From: an uncultured bacterium
GTDB lineage: Bacteria; Latescibacterota; MWCZ01
Direction of reading: 5' to 3'
DNA: 48,084 nucleotides
Assembly (NCBI GenBank): GCA_964635955.1
Contig: CAZWQW010000001.1
Span: 95,491-143,574 of the forward strand
Below are positions 17,487-26,566 of the stretch, one piece after another. The notes below the pieces were generated by a model that was not told where the DNA came from, did no database searches, and saw only the letters and a program-made list of their open reading frames with translations. Within the stretch, counting starts at the first letter, position 1, and each line of letters opens with the position of its first letter. Made by a program: the position numbers and the translations under genes.

Positions 17487-17753
17487 TTATGTATCGCTAC
17501 CAGATGATGAGCTACTGGACGACGATGTTGAGGAGGCTGTGCTTTCGGACTTCGCCTTTTGCTTATACCCTTCGCTCCGATAGTCCGTGATGTAGAAACC
17601 GGAACCTTTGAAGAGAAGTCCGCCGCCTGCAGAAATCAGTCGCTCGACGCGCCCCCCGCACGCCTTACACTCCGTAAGCGGATCAGCAGTAATCGATTGA
17701 TACACTTCGAAACGTTGCCCACACGATTTACACTCGTATTCATACGTCGGCAT
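17487..17753 (-). CDS. FmdB-family zinc-ribbon protein with a Ser-rich tail
   Basis: MPTYEYECKSCGQRFEV...LTECKACGG gives a CxxC...CxxC ribbon. The C-terminal tail is STASSTSSSSSSSSGSDT. Confidence 0.85.
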   Translation of the reverse strand: MPTYEYECKSCGQRFEVYQSITADPLTECKACGGRVERLISAGGGLLFKGSGFYITDYRSEGYKQKAKSESTASSTSSSSSSSSGSDT

Positions 17754-17980
17754 GCCGTGTTCCCTTCACACTCGCGTCGTCTGACGATCTTTTCTACTAC
17801 CTCACGACGCGACAACGGGCAAACACCGTGCCGACGTCCATCGCGGTGGACGAACTATCCACCACACGGGTAACTGACGCGAATACCACTCATTCGGTTC
17901 CCGTAAAAGGGAGAACCTATGCCAGGGCGTCTGCCGGAACGGCAGCGTATCGCTGCCGTCTTTAACCCTACAGACCACCC

Positions 17981-20719
17981 CTATGCTGATTTGCTCTTCC
18001 GTTGACGCACTGCCGCTTCTTCGGCGTGTGCGCGATTTTGCGCAGCTTCTACACGCTCACGGCGATGTTGCCAATCCAATACAAGCGCCGACGCAACCCA
18101 GATCGACGAGTAAGTACCGACGCCGATACCGACAATCAACGCGAGAGCAAAGTCCTTCAAGACATCACCCGCGATGAAATAAAGCGACAGCACCACGAGT
18201 AACGTTGTACCGGACGTGATAATCGTACGAGACAAGGTATCGTTAATCGATCGATTGAGGATTTCCTCGTATGGCAGACGCCGGTACGTTTTCAGACCTT
18301 CTCGAATGCGGTCGAATACAACGATCGTATCATTCAGCGAATATCCCACAATCGTCAACACCGACGCCACAACAGCAAGTGATATTTCATGCCGTATAAC
18401 GCTGAAGACTGCTAACGTGAACATGACGTCGTGGAAGAGCGCGAGTGTTGCCGCCACCGCGAACGGCCACTCGAAACGGAACGACAGATACACAAGAATA
18501 CCGACGAGTGCGAAGAGCACCGCGTAGATTGCCGCACCCTTTAACTCACTACCGATCTTCGGTCCGACCGTTTCCGTACCGAGTACCCAATCGCCCTTCA
18601 GATTCTCCGAGAACGATTCTGCAAGATGGGTACGTAGCGCACCTTCAACAGCCGATGCTTCGATATCCGGGAACTGCTTCACCGTGATGAGTACATCGGT
18701 AATCTCATCGACCGTCTTGATCTCGCTACCGGTCAGGTCGAGCATTTGACCGTCGACTTCGACCTGTCGAAGCGCATTCCGTACCTCAACGATCGGTACC
18801 GGTGGCTGGAATCGGACCTCGAGGCGCGTTCCACCTGAGAAGTCAACACCCCAGTTGAATCCAAGCGTGGAGATGAGCACTACCGACGAAATCACCGCGC
18901 CACCGGAAATCAGATACCACATCTTCCGGACGCGCATGAACTGGAATGTCGTATTCGAGAAGAACGGCTTCCCGATCGAAAGCTCTCTTACTGTCTTGCC
19001 CGTGAGCCACAGTTCGTAAATGGCGCGTGTCACGAACAGTGCCGAGAACACGCTCGTGAAGATGCCTATTCCGAGAATCAGTGCGAACCCGCGAATTGGA
19101 CCGGTACCGAACTGATACAGAACCGCGGCTGTAATGAACGTCGTAATGTTCGCATCCCAAATCGCGGACGATGCATGTTCGTATCCGGCTTCAATGGCCG
19201 ATCGCGCGGTTTTTCCAGTGGCAAGCTCTTCACGAATGCGTTCGAAGATCAGCACATTTGCGTCAACAGCCATGCCGATGGTCAAGAGCAAACCAGCGAC
19301 ACCGGGCAGAGTGAGCGTGCCGTGAAGACCTGCAAGCGCTGCCAAGAGAAGCAGCATATTCATGACGAGACCGGCGATAGCAACAGTACCCGCCAATCGG
19401 TAGTACGCGAGCATAAATAGAATCACCAAACCGCCACCAACCGTAAGAGCGATCTGGCTTGATTCTATCGAGTCTTGCCCGAGAGACGGTCCAACATACC
19501 GCTGTTCCTGCATCTCAACTTCCGCAGGCAGGGCGCCGGATCGGATCGCAATCGCAAGACTTCGCGCTTCTTCACGATCCTCCATACCGGTAATGACCGA
19601 ACGGCCGTCTGTGATATGCGCTTGGATCGTCGGCGCCGAGTACACTACGCCATCGAGAATGATCGCGAGTCGTTCACCTCGATTGCGGCGAGTCACATCG
19701 GAAAAGAGACGAACAGAGTCACTCTTCACACTGAAATTGATGACGGCGCGTCCCGCCTGATCGAGCTCCAAATCGCTGCCTTGTCCAACTCGCGCGTCTT
19801 CAACGCTTGCGCCGGTCATTTCCGGTCGCGTATTCACGTAGAATAGCGGAGCGAGAGGCTGTCCACCCCATGTCTCGACCTTACCGAAGAAGAAGGCGCT
19901 GTGCGCGGGAATCAGCTCCGCGGCTTTCTCTTTAACAAGGTTCAACGCGGCTTCGGCTCGAATGCGGTCTTCAACGCGCACATAGTAATCACCCGCAGGA
20001 CCGACCTGAAGGAGACTCGTAAGTGAGCTTAAACCGACGAGCGGATTCGCTCTGTCGTACGTATCAATTGCGGCGGCTTCACTATCCGCAGACGCAACGG
20101 CCGACTCATCATCGTCCATATCGAACAAGCCGGTTGCAGGCTGCGCAGCGGTTTCTGCGGCTGGAGCTTCAACCTTCTCTTGTGGCTGCTCGAATGTGCT
20201 CGTGGTATCAAAGGCAGCCGCTCCGATAAGCCGTGGCAACGCTGCGTCGATTCGACGGATGACCTCGTCACGTTCCGACATCGGACGGAGCAGATTGAAC
20301 GACAACAGCGCTGTGCGTCCGACAAGTCGCATCGCGGCCGTAACGTCTTCCAGACCGGGAAGCTCGACGATTAATCGCTGCTCGCCCGTCTTCTGAATAT
20401 TCGCTTCCGACACACCATACTGATTCACGCGCTGTTCGATAACTCGGCGGGCGCCTTCGACAGCATCGGGAAGATCCGATTCGGGAAGACTCCGATTCGG
20501 ATCGACTTCCAGTACGAGGAACACCCCTCCTTGGAGATCGAGACCCCGCTTTATCGCTTCAGCCTGTAACCAACGGAAGCGCTGTGGATCCTGAATCTGG
20601 AGTTCCTGACGGTCTTGCCGGTCCAGTCGCCAATACTGGAATGTCGGAACCAGCTCATAGATAGCCCAGCCGAGTAAGATGAGTATCAATACGAGTTTGA
20701 ACTGCAGCCCGCGAGACAT
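17981..20719 (-). CDS. secDF: Fused protein-export membrane protein SecDF
   Basis: 912 aa from the ATG at 20719 (MSRGLQFKLVLILILLGW). It has a SecD periplasmic head, two 6-TM blocks, and SecF-type VVFDRIRE. The longer track ORF would overlap pdxJ. Confidence 0.9.
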   Translation of the reverse strand: MSRGLQFKLVLILILLGWAIYELVPTFQYWRLDRQDRQELQIQDPQRFRWLQAEAIKRGLDLQGGVFLVLEVDPNRSLPESDLPDAVEGARRVIEQRVNQYGVSEANIQKTGEQRLIVELPGLEDVTAAMRLVGRTALLSFNLLRPMSERDEVIRRIDAALPRLIGAAAFDTTSTFEQPQEKVEAPAAETAAQPATGLFDMDDDESAVASADSEAAAIDTYDRANPLVGLSSLTSLLQVGPAGDYYVRVEDRIRAEAALNLVKEKAAELIPAHSAFFFGKVETWGGQPLAPLFYVNTRPEMTGASVEDARVGQGSDLELDQAGRAVINFSVKSDSVRLFSDVTRRNRGERLAIILDGVVYSAPTIQAHITDGRSVITGMEDREEARSLAIAIRSGALPAEVEMQEQRYVGPSLGQDSIESSQIALTVGGGLVILFMLAYYRLAGTVAIAGLVMNMLLLLAALAGLHGTLTLPGVAGLLLTIGMAVDANVLIFERIREELATGKTARSAIEAGYEHASSAIWDANITTFITAAVLYQFGTGPIRGFALILGIGIFTSVFSALFVTRAIYELWLTGKTVRELSIGKPFFSNTTFQFMRVRKMWYLISGGAVISSVVLISTLGFNWGVDFSGGTRLEVRFQPPVPIVEVRNALRQVEVDGQMLDLTGSEIKTVDEITDVLITVKQFPDIEASAVEGALRTHLAESFSENLKGDWVLGTETVGPKIGSELKGAAIYAVLFALVGILVYLSFRFEWPFAVAATLALFHDVMFTLAVFSVIRHEISLAVVASVLTIVGYSLNDTIVVFDRIREGLKTYRRLPYEEILNRSINDTLSRTIITSGTTLLVVLSLYFIAGDVLKDFALALIVGIGVGTYSSIWVASALVLDWQHRRERVEAAQNRAHAEEAAVRQRKSKSA

Positions 20720-20753
20720 ATAGTGGTGACTCCTTCTCCGTAACGCCGCTCGT

Positions 20754-21521
20754 TCAGTCGTGCGACCACGCACCGAGTCGTGCGTCCGTCCGTGCCCGAT
20801 CCATGAGTGACCGCATCTCAGCGACGGCCTGCTGCAAGCCGACGTAGAGAGAACGGGCAATAATCGAATGCCCGATATTCAATTCGGTGATTTCCGGTAT
20901 ACCCGCAACGGGCGCAACATTCTGATAGGTAAGGCCATGTCCTGCGTGTACGTGTAGACCGATACGCGAACCGAGCTCTGCCATCTGTCGAAGCCGCTCG
21001 AGCTGCTCGCTGTGTTCCGCGCCGGAGGAATTCGCGTACTCGCCGGTGTGTAGCTCAACCGCGTCCGCTTCAAGCTCTCGACTGACCTGAACCTGTGCTT
21101 CAGACGGATCGATAAACAACGATATAGCGATCCCACCGTCGTGCAGCCGCCGAATCGCGTCTCGTACACGCTCTTTGTTCCCAACGATGTCGAGGCCGCC
21201 CTCAGTTGTCACTTCTTCCCGCTTTTCGGGCACGAGACACGCAATATCCGGTTTCACAGCAAGCGCGATCGCGAGCATCTCTTCGGTGACCCCCATCTCC
21301 TGATTCAATGGGAGCTGGGAGACTTCGCGCATCAGTCTTAGATCGCGATCTTGAATGTGCCGTCGGTCTTCGCGTAGGTGTATCGTAATCTGATCAGCCC
21401 CGCCGATTTCCGCGAGTAGTGCCGCGCGAACAGGATCCGGTTCTGTCGTACGCCGTGCCTGCCGTACAGTGGCGACGTGATCGAGGTTCACACCCAAACG
21501 AATCGGTTGGACCTTCTGCAT
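20754..21521 (-). CDS. pdxJ: Pyridoxine 5'-phosphate synthase
   Basis: LGVNLDHVATVRQARRTTEPDPV, ITIHLREDRRHIQDRD and ELHTGEYA are characteristic of PdxJ. Confidence 0.92.
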   Translation of the reverse strand: MQKVQPIRLGVNLDHVATVRQARRTTEPDPVRAALLAEIGGADQITIHLREDRRHIQDRDLRLMREVSQLPLNQEMGVTEEMLAIALAVKPDIACLVPEKREEVTTEGGLDIVGNKERVRDAIRRLHDGGIAISLFIDPSEAQVQVSRELEADAVELHTGEYANSSGAEHSEQLERLRQMAELGSRIGLHVHAGHGLTYQNVAPVAGIPEITELNIGHSIIARSLYVGLQQAVAEMRSLMDRARTDARLGAWSHD

Positions 21522-21610
21522 TATTTCCTCACATACGCGGTCTGGCCAAGACTGTAGAAGGTAACGTCCCGACCGCGCGAAAACAAACCACGATCACACC
21601 GGCTCAAACC

Positions 21611-22426
21611 TCAAGCGTCACTGTTGCCCGCACCTTTATCAGTTGCTGCACGCTCTTCCGCTTCAAGATCCGCTAACCGGCGCTTCGCTTTTGCCTTCCA
21701 CACCATGGATGATACGAGTATGCTCACTTCAAAAAGGAGCAGCATGGGCAGCGCCATGGCGAGTTGGCTGAACGGATCCGGCGACGGCGTGAGAAAGGCT
21801 GCAATAATGAAGATGAGTACGATTCCGTACCTTCGGTAACGCTTGAGAACCGCCGGCGACACGATACCGGCAACCGAAAGGATATAGATGAAAACGGGAA
21901 GCTCGAACACAACACCAAACGCAGCCATAAACCCGAGGAGGAATCCGACGTACTCGCGGATATTCCACGTGTTTTCAATTCCGCTGTATCCTGCGTCGAC
22001 AAGTACGCTGAGCAGATACGGCATCATGCTATACGATAGAAACGCGCCCAAGCAGAACAGCACGAGTGTGCTTAATAGTACCCATGGTACCATGCGGCGC
22101 TCGTGTCGGAAGAGCCCCGGCCGTATGAACATCCACATCTGGTACACGATCGCAGGTAAACCGATTACGAGCCCAACAATCAACGCCATATACAGGCGTA
22201 CCATGATCATGGAAAGCGGAGTGAGATTCACCATGCGGACATCCGCGCTGAGTTGCTCAGCGGGCCGCATAACAAACACGAGCATCTGATCGGAGAACGC
22301 AAGCGAGACGATTCCGCCAACGAGAACCGCGATGATCGCCTTGATAAAGCGCCACCGCAGTTCTTCGAGGTGATCCCAGAAGGACATTACTCGTTCGGTA
22401 TCACGAGATGCTGATTTTTGCGTCAT
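21611..22426 (-). CDS. tatC: Twin-arginine translocase subunit TatC
   Basis: SFWDHLEELRWRFIKAI N-terminus and six TMs. 271 aa. Confidence 0.9.
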   Translation of the reverse strand: MTQKSASRDTERVMSFWDHLEELRWRFIKAIIAVLVGGIVSLAFSDQMLVFVMRPAEQLSADVRMVNLTPLSMIMVRLYMALIVGLVIGLPAIVYQMWMFIRPGLFRHERRMVPWVLLSTLVLFCLGAFLSYSMMPYLLSVLVDAGYSGIENTWNIREYVGFLLGFMAAFGVVFELPVFIYILSVAGIVSPAVLKRYRRYGIVLIFIIAAFLTPSPDPFSQLAMALPMLLLFEVSILVSSMVWKAKAKRRLADLEAEERAATDKGAGNSDA

Positions 22427-22483
22427 CTGTTTCGGAAGGATCGAACGAATTGATACTCAGGCATTCGTTTCGTCAACATGATA

Positions 22484-23293
22484 TCATTCTGCGTCTCGAG
22501 CACACCGGAATCCGAGTATGTCGCTTCGGAACGACGGCTCGAATCCCGCACGCGACGTAGTACGTGCATGCGGAAGGGGGTCGAACCACGATCCACCGCG
22601 AATAACACGCTGCGCGTACAGACTATCGGTCGTCACGGTTGCCGGACCGGTTTCTGGTAGGTTCTGGTATGCTGAAGGAAGATACCAATCGGCTACCCAT
22701 TCCCAGACATTTCCAGCCATATTATACACACCCCAGCACGACGCGCCACTCGGAAATGCGTTTACCGGCGCCGGTCCGAGTTCGTACCCATCGACATCTC
22801 CGGCGATGTTCGCAAGCGATCCGATATCCGCGTTCGTGCTGTCGCCCCACGGGTAAATAAAAGCGGACGAGCAGCGCGCCGCGATTTCCCATTCCGTTTC
22901 AGTCGGCAGGCGAACGCCTCGCCAATTGGCATACGCCAACGCATCGTGCCACGACACCCATGTAACGGGCAAGTCGGCTTGTTCCGGCCAGAACGTACCA
23001 TTCGGTCGCCACCGTGGTGGCGCTGGATATCCGGTCTCCTGTACGAACTCGAGATACTGAGCGTTTGTAACCTCGTACTTATCGATGAGAAACGGTTTGA
23101 TGATGACGCGTCGAGTCGGTCGCTCGTTTTCCGCGCCATCTTCACTGCCAATGAGATATTCGCCGCCCGGAATACGAACCATCTCCGGCTGTGGGCGCCG
23201 TTCGACCACTGCAACACGCGGGGTACGTGGACCGCACGCGACGAGTGTCGCCGCGGTAAGGACTACCACCACAACGACATGGCGCGCGTTCAT
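22484..23293 (-). CDS. FGE-sulfatase/SUMF1-superfamily lipoprotein (lacks the catalytic Cys pair)
   Basis: Lipobox TLVACG. VTNAQYLEF, WRGVRLPTETEWE, NVWEWV and RGGSWF...LGFRCARD are present. No CxxxxC follows RGGS. Confidence 0.8.
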   Translation of the reverse strand: MNARHVVVVVVLTAATLVACGPRTPRVAVVERRPQPEMVRIPGGEYLIGSEDGAENERPTRRVIIKPFLIDKYEVTNAQYLEFVQETGYPAPPRWRPNGTFWPEQADLPVTWVSWHDALAYANWRGVRLPTETEWEIAARCSSAFIYPWGDSTNADIGSLANIAGDVDGYELGPAPVNAFPSGASCWGVYNMAGNVWEWVADWYLPSAYQNLPETGPATVTTDSLYAQRVIRGGSWFDPLPHARTTSRAGFEPSFRSDILGFRCARDAE

Positions 23294-24282
23294 ATGTTTA
23301 CACTTTCCTGCGTTCCACGTCGAGACGAACGGTACGCTGCCTCGATCGTCGCCATATTCACCAGACCGTCGTGCCCGGTCACGATCGGCTCAGCTTTACC
23401 GGCGACGCAGTCGGCGAAGTGTTCAATCTGCAACTGATAGTAGTTCTCCCACGGCATAGGTTCGCGTTTCCATTCCTTGCCATCGAAAACCGAAAGTGTC
23501 GCTTTGCCTGTCGTCGGATCAGTCGCAACAAGCGCACTCTTCTCCGATCCGTTGATCTCCACGCATGAGTCGCCACCTTTTGCGCGGAAGCTATGCCCGA
23601 CAATAGCGTGCGCGCCCGATTCCGACCGCATCAACACGCTGACGGTGTCTTCGGTGTCCCAATGTTCGACACGATTCGAAGCGAATGCGGTTACCGTAGC
23701 CATCGGCCCGATGAGATAGGTAAGTAAATCGATCGTATGTGCGCCGAGATCCATCAACGGACCGCCGCCGCCGAGTTCCGGCTTTACCCGCCACGAACCG
23801 CTGTCGAGCTCAATCCACTTGAAGATCGTCGCGCGAACCTCAAGGATTCTGCCGAACTCTCCAGCCGCAATCTGTCGCCGTAATCGTTGGTAAACCGATC
23901 CGAAGCGCATGAGGAAACATACTTGCAGATGCACACCGTTTTGGCCACACACGTCGATCATCCGGCGGCATTCGTCCGAAGACATTGCCATCGGCTTATC
24001 GCACATCACATGCTTACCGGCCTTTGCCGCCGCGATGACCTGCTCTTTGTGGAGATAGACCGGTGTCGCGATATGCACTGCGTCAACTTCGTCGTCCTGA
24101 AGCAGTGCCTTCCAATCGGAATACCCACGACGCGCACCGAACTCCTTGGCGAGCTCGTCGGCACGCTGCTGATCTCGCACCATGAGCGCAACAAGCTCTG
24201 CATCGCGCGCTTGGTTGATTGCCGGCATCGTACGACGTCGGGCGACACCCCCGGCCCCAATCACACCCCAGCGTACCGCCAT
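23290..24282 (-). CDS. Gfo/Idh/MocA-family NAD(P)-dependent oxidoreductase
   Basis: Rossmann N-terminus VRWGVIGAGGVARRR and the EKP-like motif CDKPMA. 330 aa. RBS GAGGAGG. Confidence 0.85.
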   Translation of the reverse strand: MAVRWGVIGAGGVARRRTMPAINQARDAELVALMVRDQQRADELAKEFGARRGYSDWKALLQDDEVDAVHIATPVYLHKEQVIAAAKAGKHVMCDKPMAMSSDECRRMIDVCGQNGVHLQVCFLMRFGSVYQRLRRQIAAGEFGRILEVRATIFKWIELDSGSWRVKPELGGGGPLMDLGAHTIDLLTYLIGPMATVTAFASNRVEHWDTEDTVSVLMRSESGAHAIVGHSFRAKGGDSCVEINGSEKSALVATDPTTGKATLSVFDGKEWKREPMPWENYYQLQIEHFADCVAGKAEPIVTGHDGLVNMATIEAAYRSSRRGTQESVNI

Positions 24283-24449
24283 ACCGAATGCCTCCTCGCA
24301 GCCGAATCCCTGTCAATAACACAATACTCGTCAATGTACAGCGCCGCGTGAAACCGACACAAGGCTGCGACGAACCGTTGGACAGCCGCTGCCGATTGCG
24401 CATTTTTCGTGAGTGCTCGTACGATTCCCATACCATTCAGGAGGAGCTT

Positions 24450-24836
24450 ATGGAACGCATATTCACCACACCCGGACTCCCGGAAGCGCAAGGCGCGTAT
24501 TCAATGGCGACAATCGCGAACGGCTTCGTATTCGTCGCAGGCCAGGGCCCTTGGGACGACAAGGAAAAGCGTTTTCGCGGCGATCTCAGCGTAAAAGAGC
24601 AAACACGCCTCGTACTCGAGTGTATCAAGAAGATTCTCGAACAAGCTGGCAGCAGCATGGAAAACGTCGCACAAGCTCGCGTTTTCCTTCGCGATAAAGC
24701 CGACTTCAAAGAGATGAACGAGGCGTATGCCGAGTATTTCGCGAACATCAAACCGGCTCGCACGACTGTCGAAGCCGCACCGCCGGTCGATATCAAAGTC
24801 GAAATCGACGTCACGGCAGTATTGCCGAGTAAGTAG
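24450..24836 (+). CDS. ridA: RidA/YjgF-family enamine/imine deaminase
   Basis: ATG at 24450 lies 6 nt after AGGAGG. GAYSMATIANGFVFVAGQ and ARTTVEAA are family motifs. 128 aa. Confidence 0.88.
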   Translation: MERIFTTPGLPEAQGAYSMATIANGFVFVAGQGPWDDKEKRFRGDLSVKEQTRLVLECIKKILEQAGSSMENVAQARVFLRDKADFKEMNEAYAEYFANIKPARTTVEAAPPVDIKVEIDVTAVLPSK

Positions 24837-24989
24837 TAGACTCCGATTTTACTCTCTCGCGGCGCATCGTAGCTTTCTGCGGTGCGTCGCGTTATGTTTC
24901 GTCGCGCACACCCAATCCATTGCGTCTGCCACGTTTTCAATCGTTCATTCGAATAAGTTTCCCGTCCACTCTTCTCTTACGATCGATAC

Positions 24990-25706
24990 ATGACGCAACC
25001 TTGGTATGATACCTTCTTCCGCGACGATTACGCGCGATTCGACGATCATCCGGATACGCCCGAGGAAGTCGCGTTCCTCATCGATGTCCTGCCCGATGGC
25101 GGTAGGATCCTCGATCTCGCCTGTGGCGCCGGACGACACGCCGCGCCGCTTTCCGAATCCGGATATGACGTCATTGGACTGGACCGGTCCGACGTTCTCC
25201 TGAACCGCGCGAAAGGTCTCGAATCATCCGCGCAATGGGTGCGTAGCGACGTACGGACTATTCCACTCGCCGACGGAAGCTGCGACGGCGTTATCAGCAT
25301 GTTCAGCAGTCTCGGCTATTTCGACGATGAATATGAGAATTACCACGTACTGTCGGAGGCCGCACGTGTTCTTGCGCCCGACGGACGCCTCGTAATCGAA
25401 ACCGTGAACGTTGGGTTTCTCATCAAGCACGCACCGCCGCAGACGTGGTTTCGTACCGGCAAGCTGACGGTTCTCGAAGCGCGCGAATACGATCCAGTGA
25501 CGTGCCGATCCGAAGTTTCGGTCACCGTGATCGACGGCGCGAAACGACGCGAATATGCGCACTCGATTCGGCTCTACTCAGCAGCGGAACTCGCCATGCT
25601 GTTGGCGTCGATCGGTATTGAAACACTCGACGTGTACGGCGACTTCGACGGCTCCGAAATGACTGTCGACTCGCCGCATATGATCCTCATCGGTGAACGG
25701 ACATGA
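24990..25706 (+). CDS. Class I SAM-dependent methyltransferase
   Basis: Motif I ILDLACGAGRH and post-I DVIGLDRS. 238 aa. No clear Shine-Dalgarno sequence. Confidence 0.8.
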   Translation: MTQPWYDTFFRDDYARFDDHPDTPEEVAFLIDVLPDGGRILDLACGAGRHAAPLSESGYDVIGLDRSDVLLNRAKGLESSAQWVRSDVRTIPLADGSCDGVISMFSSLGYFDDEYENYHVLSEAARVLAPDGRLVIETVNVGFLIKHAPPQTWFRTGKLTVLEAREYDPVTCRSEVSVTVIDGAKRREYAHSIRLYSAAELAMLLASIGIETLDVYGDFDGSEMTVDSPHMILIGERT

Positions 25707-26542
25707 TTCGGCGCATTGTAGCCATCATCATCTTCATTGCGCTGATCGTCATCGGCATCGGTTGGGCCGGCTTCAGAGTAACTCCCTCGATCGATGAACC
25801 GCCGCGTTCGCACTCGAATCTGACCGATCGCACGGCACTCTACGACGGTTTACCCCCGGCGCTTCAGTTCTACCTCCAGCAAACCGTGGGACGAGCACCG
25901 TGGATCACCGACAGCGCCCTTCTATGGGGCACCGGCCAGATTCTTTTCGACACCGGCTTTGGAAAGCTTTGGCTTCCGATTGCGTGGCAGGAAGCCATCG
26001 ACGTTGATCGCGGATTCGTATGGCGTGGGCAGATCATGTGGTGGAAGTGGTCGATTCTCGACGCGATCGATTTCTGGGACTCCGATATGGCGTACGCGCG
26101 GCTCGGGGAAACTATCGTAACGGCGACGTGCCTCCCACGAGCGCAAGCAATGCGCTCACACGCGACACGCGTTTGGCTGCCTTCCACACTGATACATGAC
26201 GACATCACGTGGTCGCGACACGGTAACTGGAATCTCACGATGCGGTACACATCAGTCGGCGAAACGGATAGCCTTACCGTACATTTCGACGCGCGCACGC
26301 GAGCGCTTGCGGAACTCAGTGGTGTGCGATGTCAGGACGACACGACGCGTTCCGCGTGGCGCGTTCGCTTCCACGCATGGGACACGTTCGACGGCGTAAC
26401 AGTCCCGTCTGAAGGCGATGTATCATGGGACAATGATCCGTATTACCGCTTCAACGTAGCGGGGATGACGTTCAACATTTCTGTCGACGATTGGTTCGAC
26501 GCCGCACGGAGTGAGGTTGAACTCGCCGTACCTCCGCAATAA
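25703..26542 (+). CDS. Membrane-anchored hypothetical protein (possibly DUF6544-like, from memory only)
   Basis: ATGA overlap with the upstream gene. N-terminal TM IVAIIIFIALIVIGIGWAGF. GLPPALQFYLQQTVG motif. Trp-rich body. Confidence 0.6.
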   Translation: MIRRIVAIIIFIALIVIGIGWAGFRVTPSIDEPPRSHSNLTDRTALYDGLPPALQFYLQQTVGRAPWITDSALLWGTGQILFDTGFGKLWLPIAWQEAIDVDRGFVWRGQIMWWKWSILDAIDFWDSDMAYARLGETIVTATCLPRAQAMRSHATRVWLPSTLIHDDITWSRHGNWNLTMRYTSVGETDSLTVHFDARTRALAELSGVRCQDDTTRSAWRVRFHAWDTFDGVTVPSEGDVSWDNDPYYRFNVAGMTFNISVDDWFDAARSEVELAVPPQ

Positions 26543-26566
26543 TCGATGGTTCACAGGAGAACATGT

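Noticed and set aside
17900-17965. An SRP (4.5S) RNA-like motif, CCAGG..GCCGGAACGGCAGC, in the secDF-fmdB spacer.
   Set aside because: It only loosely resembles the conserved GGAA tetraloop/AGCA region. The flanks cannot form the long closing helix of SRP RNA, because no complement to CCAGGGCG lies downstream.
20720-20860. A 47-codon N-terminal extension of SecDF in the ORF track, overlapping the pdxJ 3' end.
   Set aside because: The extension is Arg/His/Ser-rich and non-hydrophobic. The ATG at 20719 starts directly at the expected SecD N-terminal TM and removes the 107-nt overlap with pdxJ.
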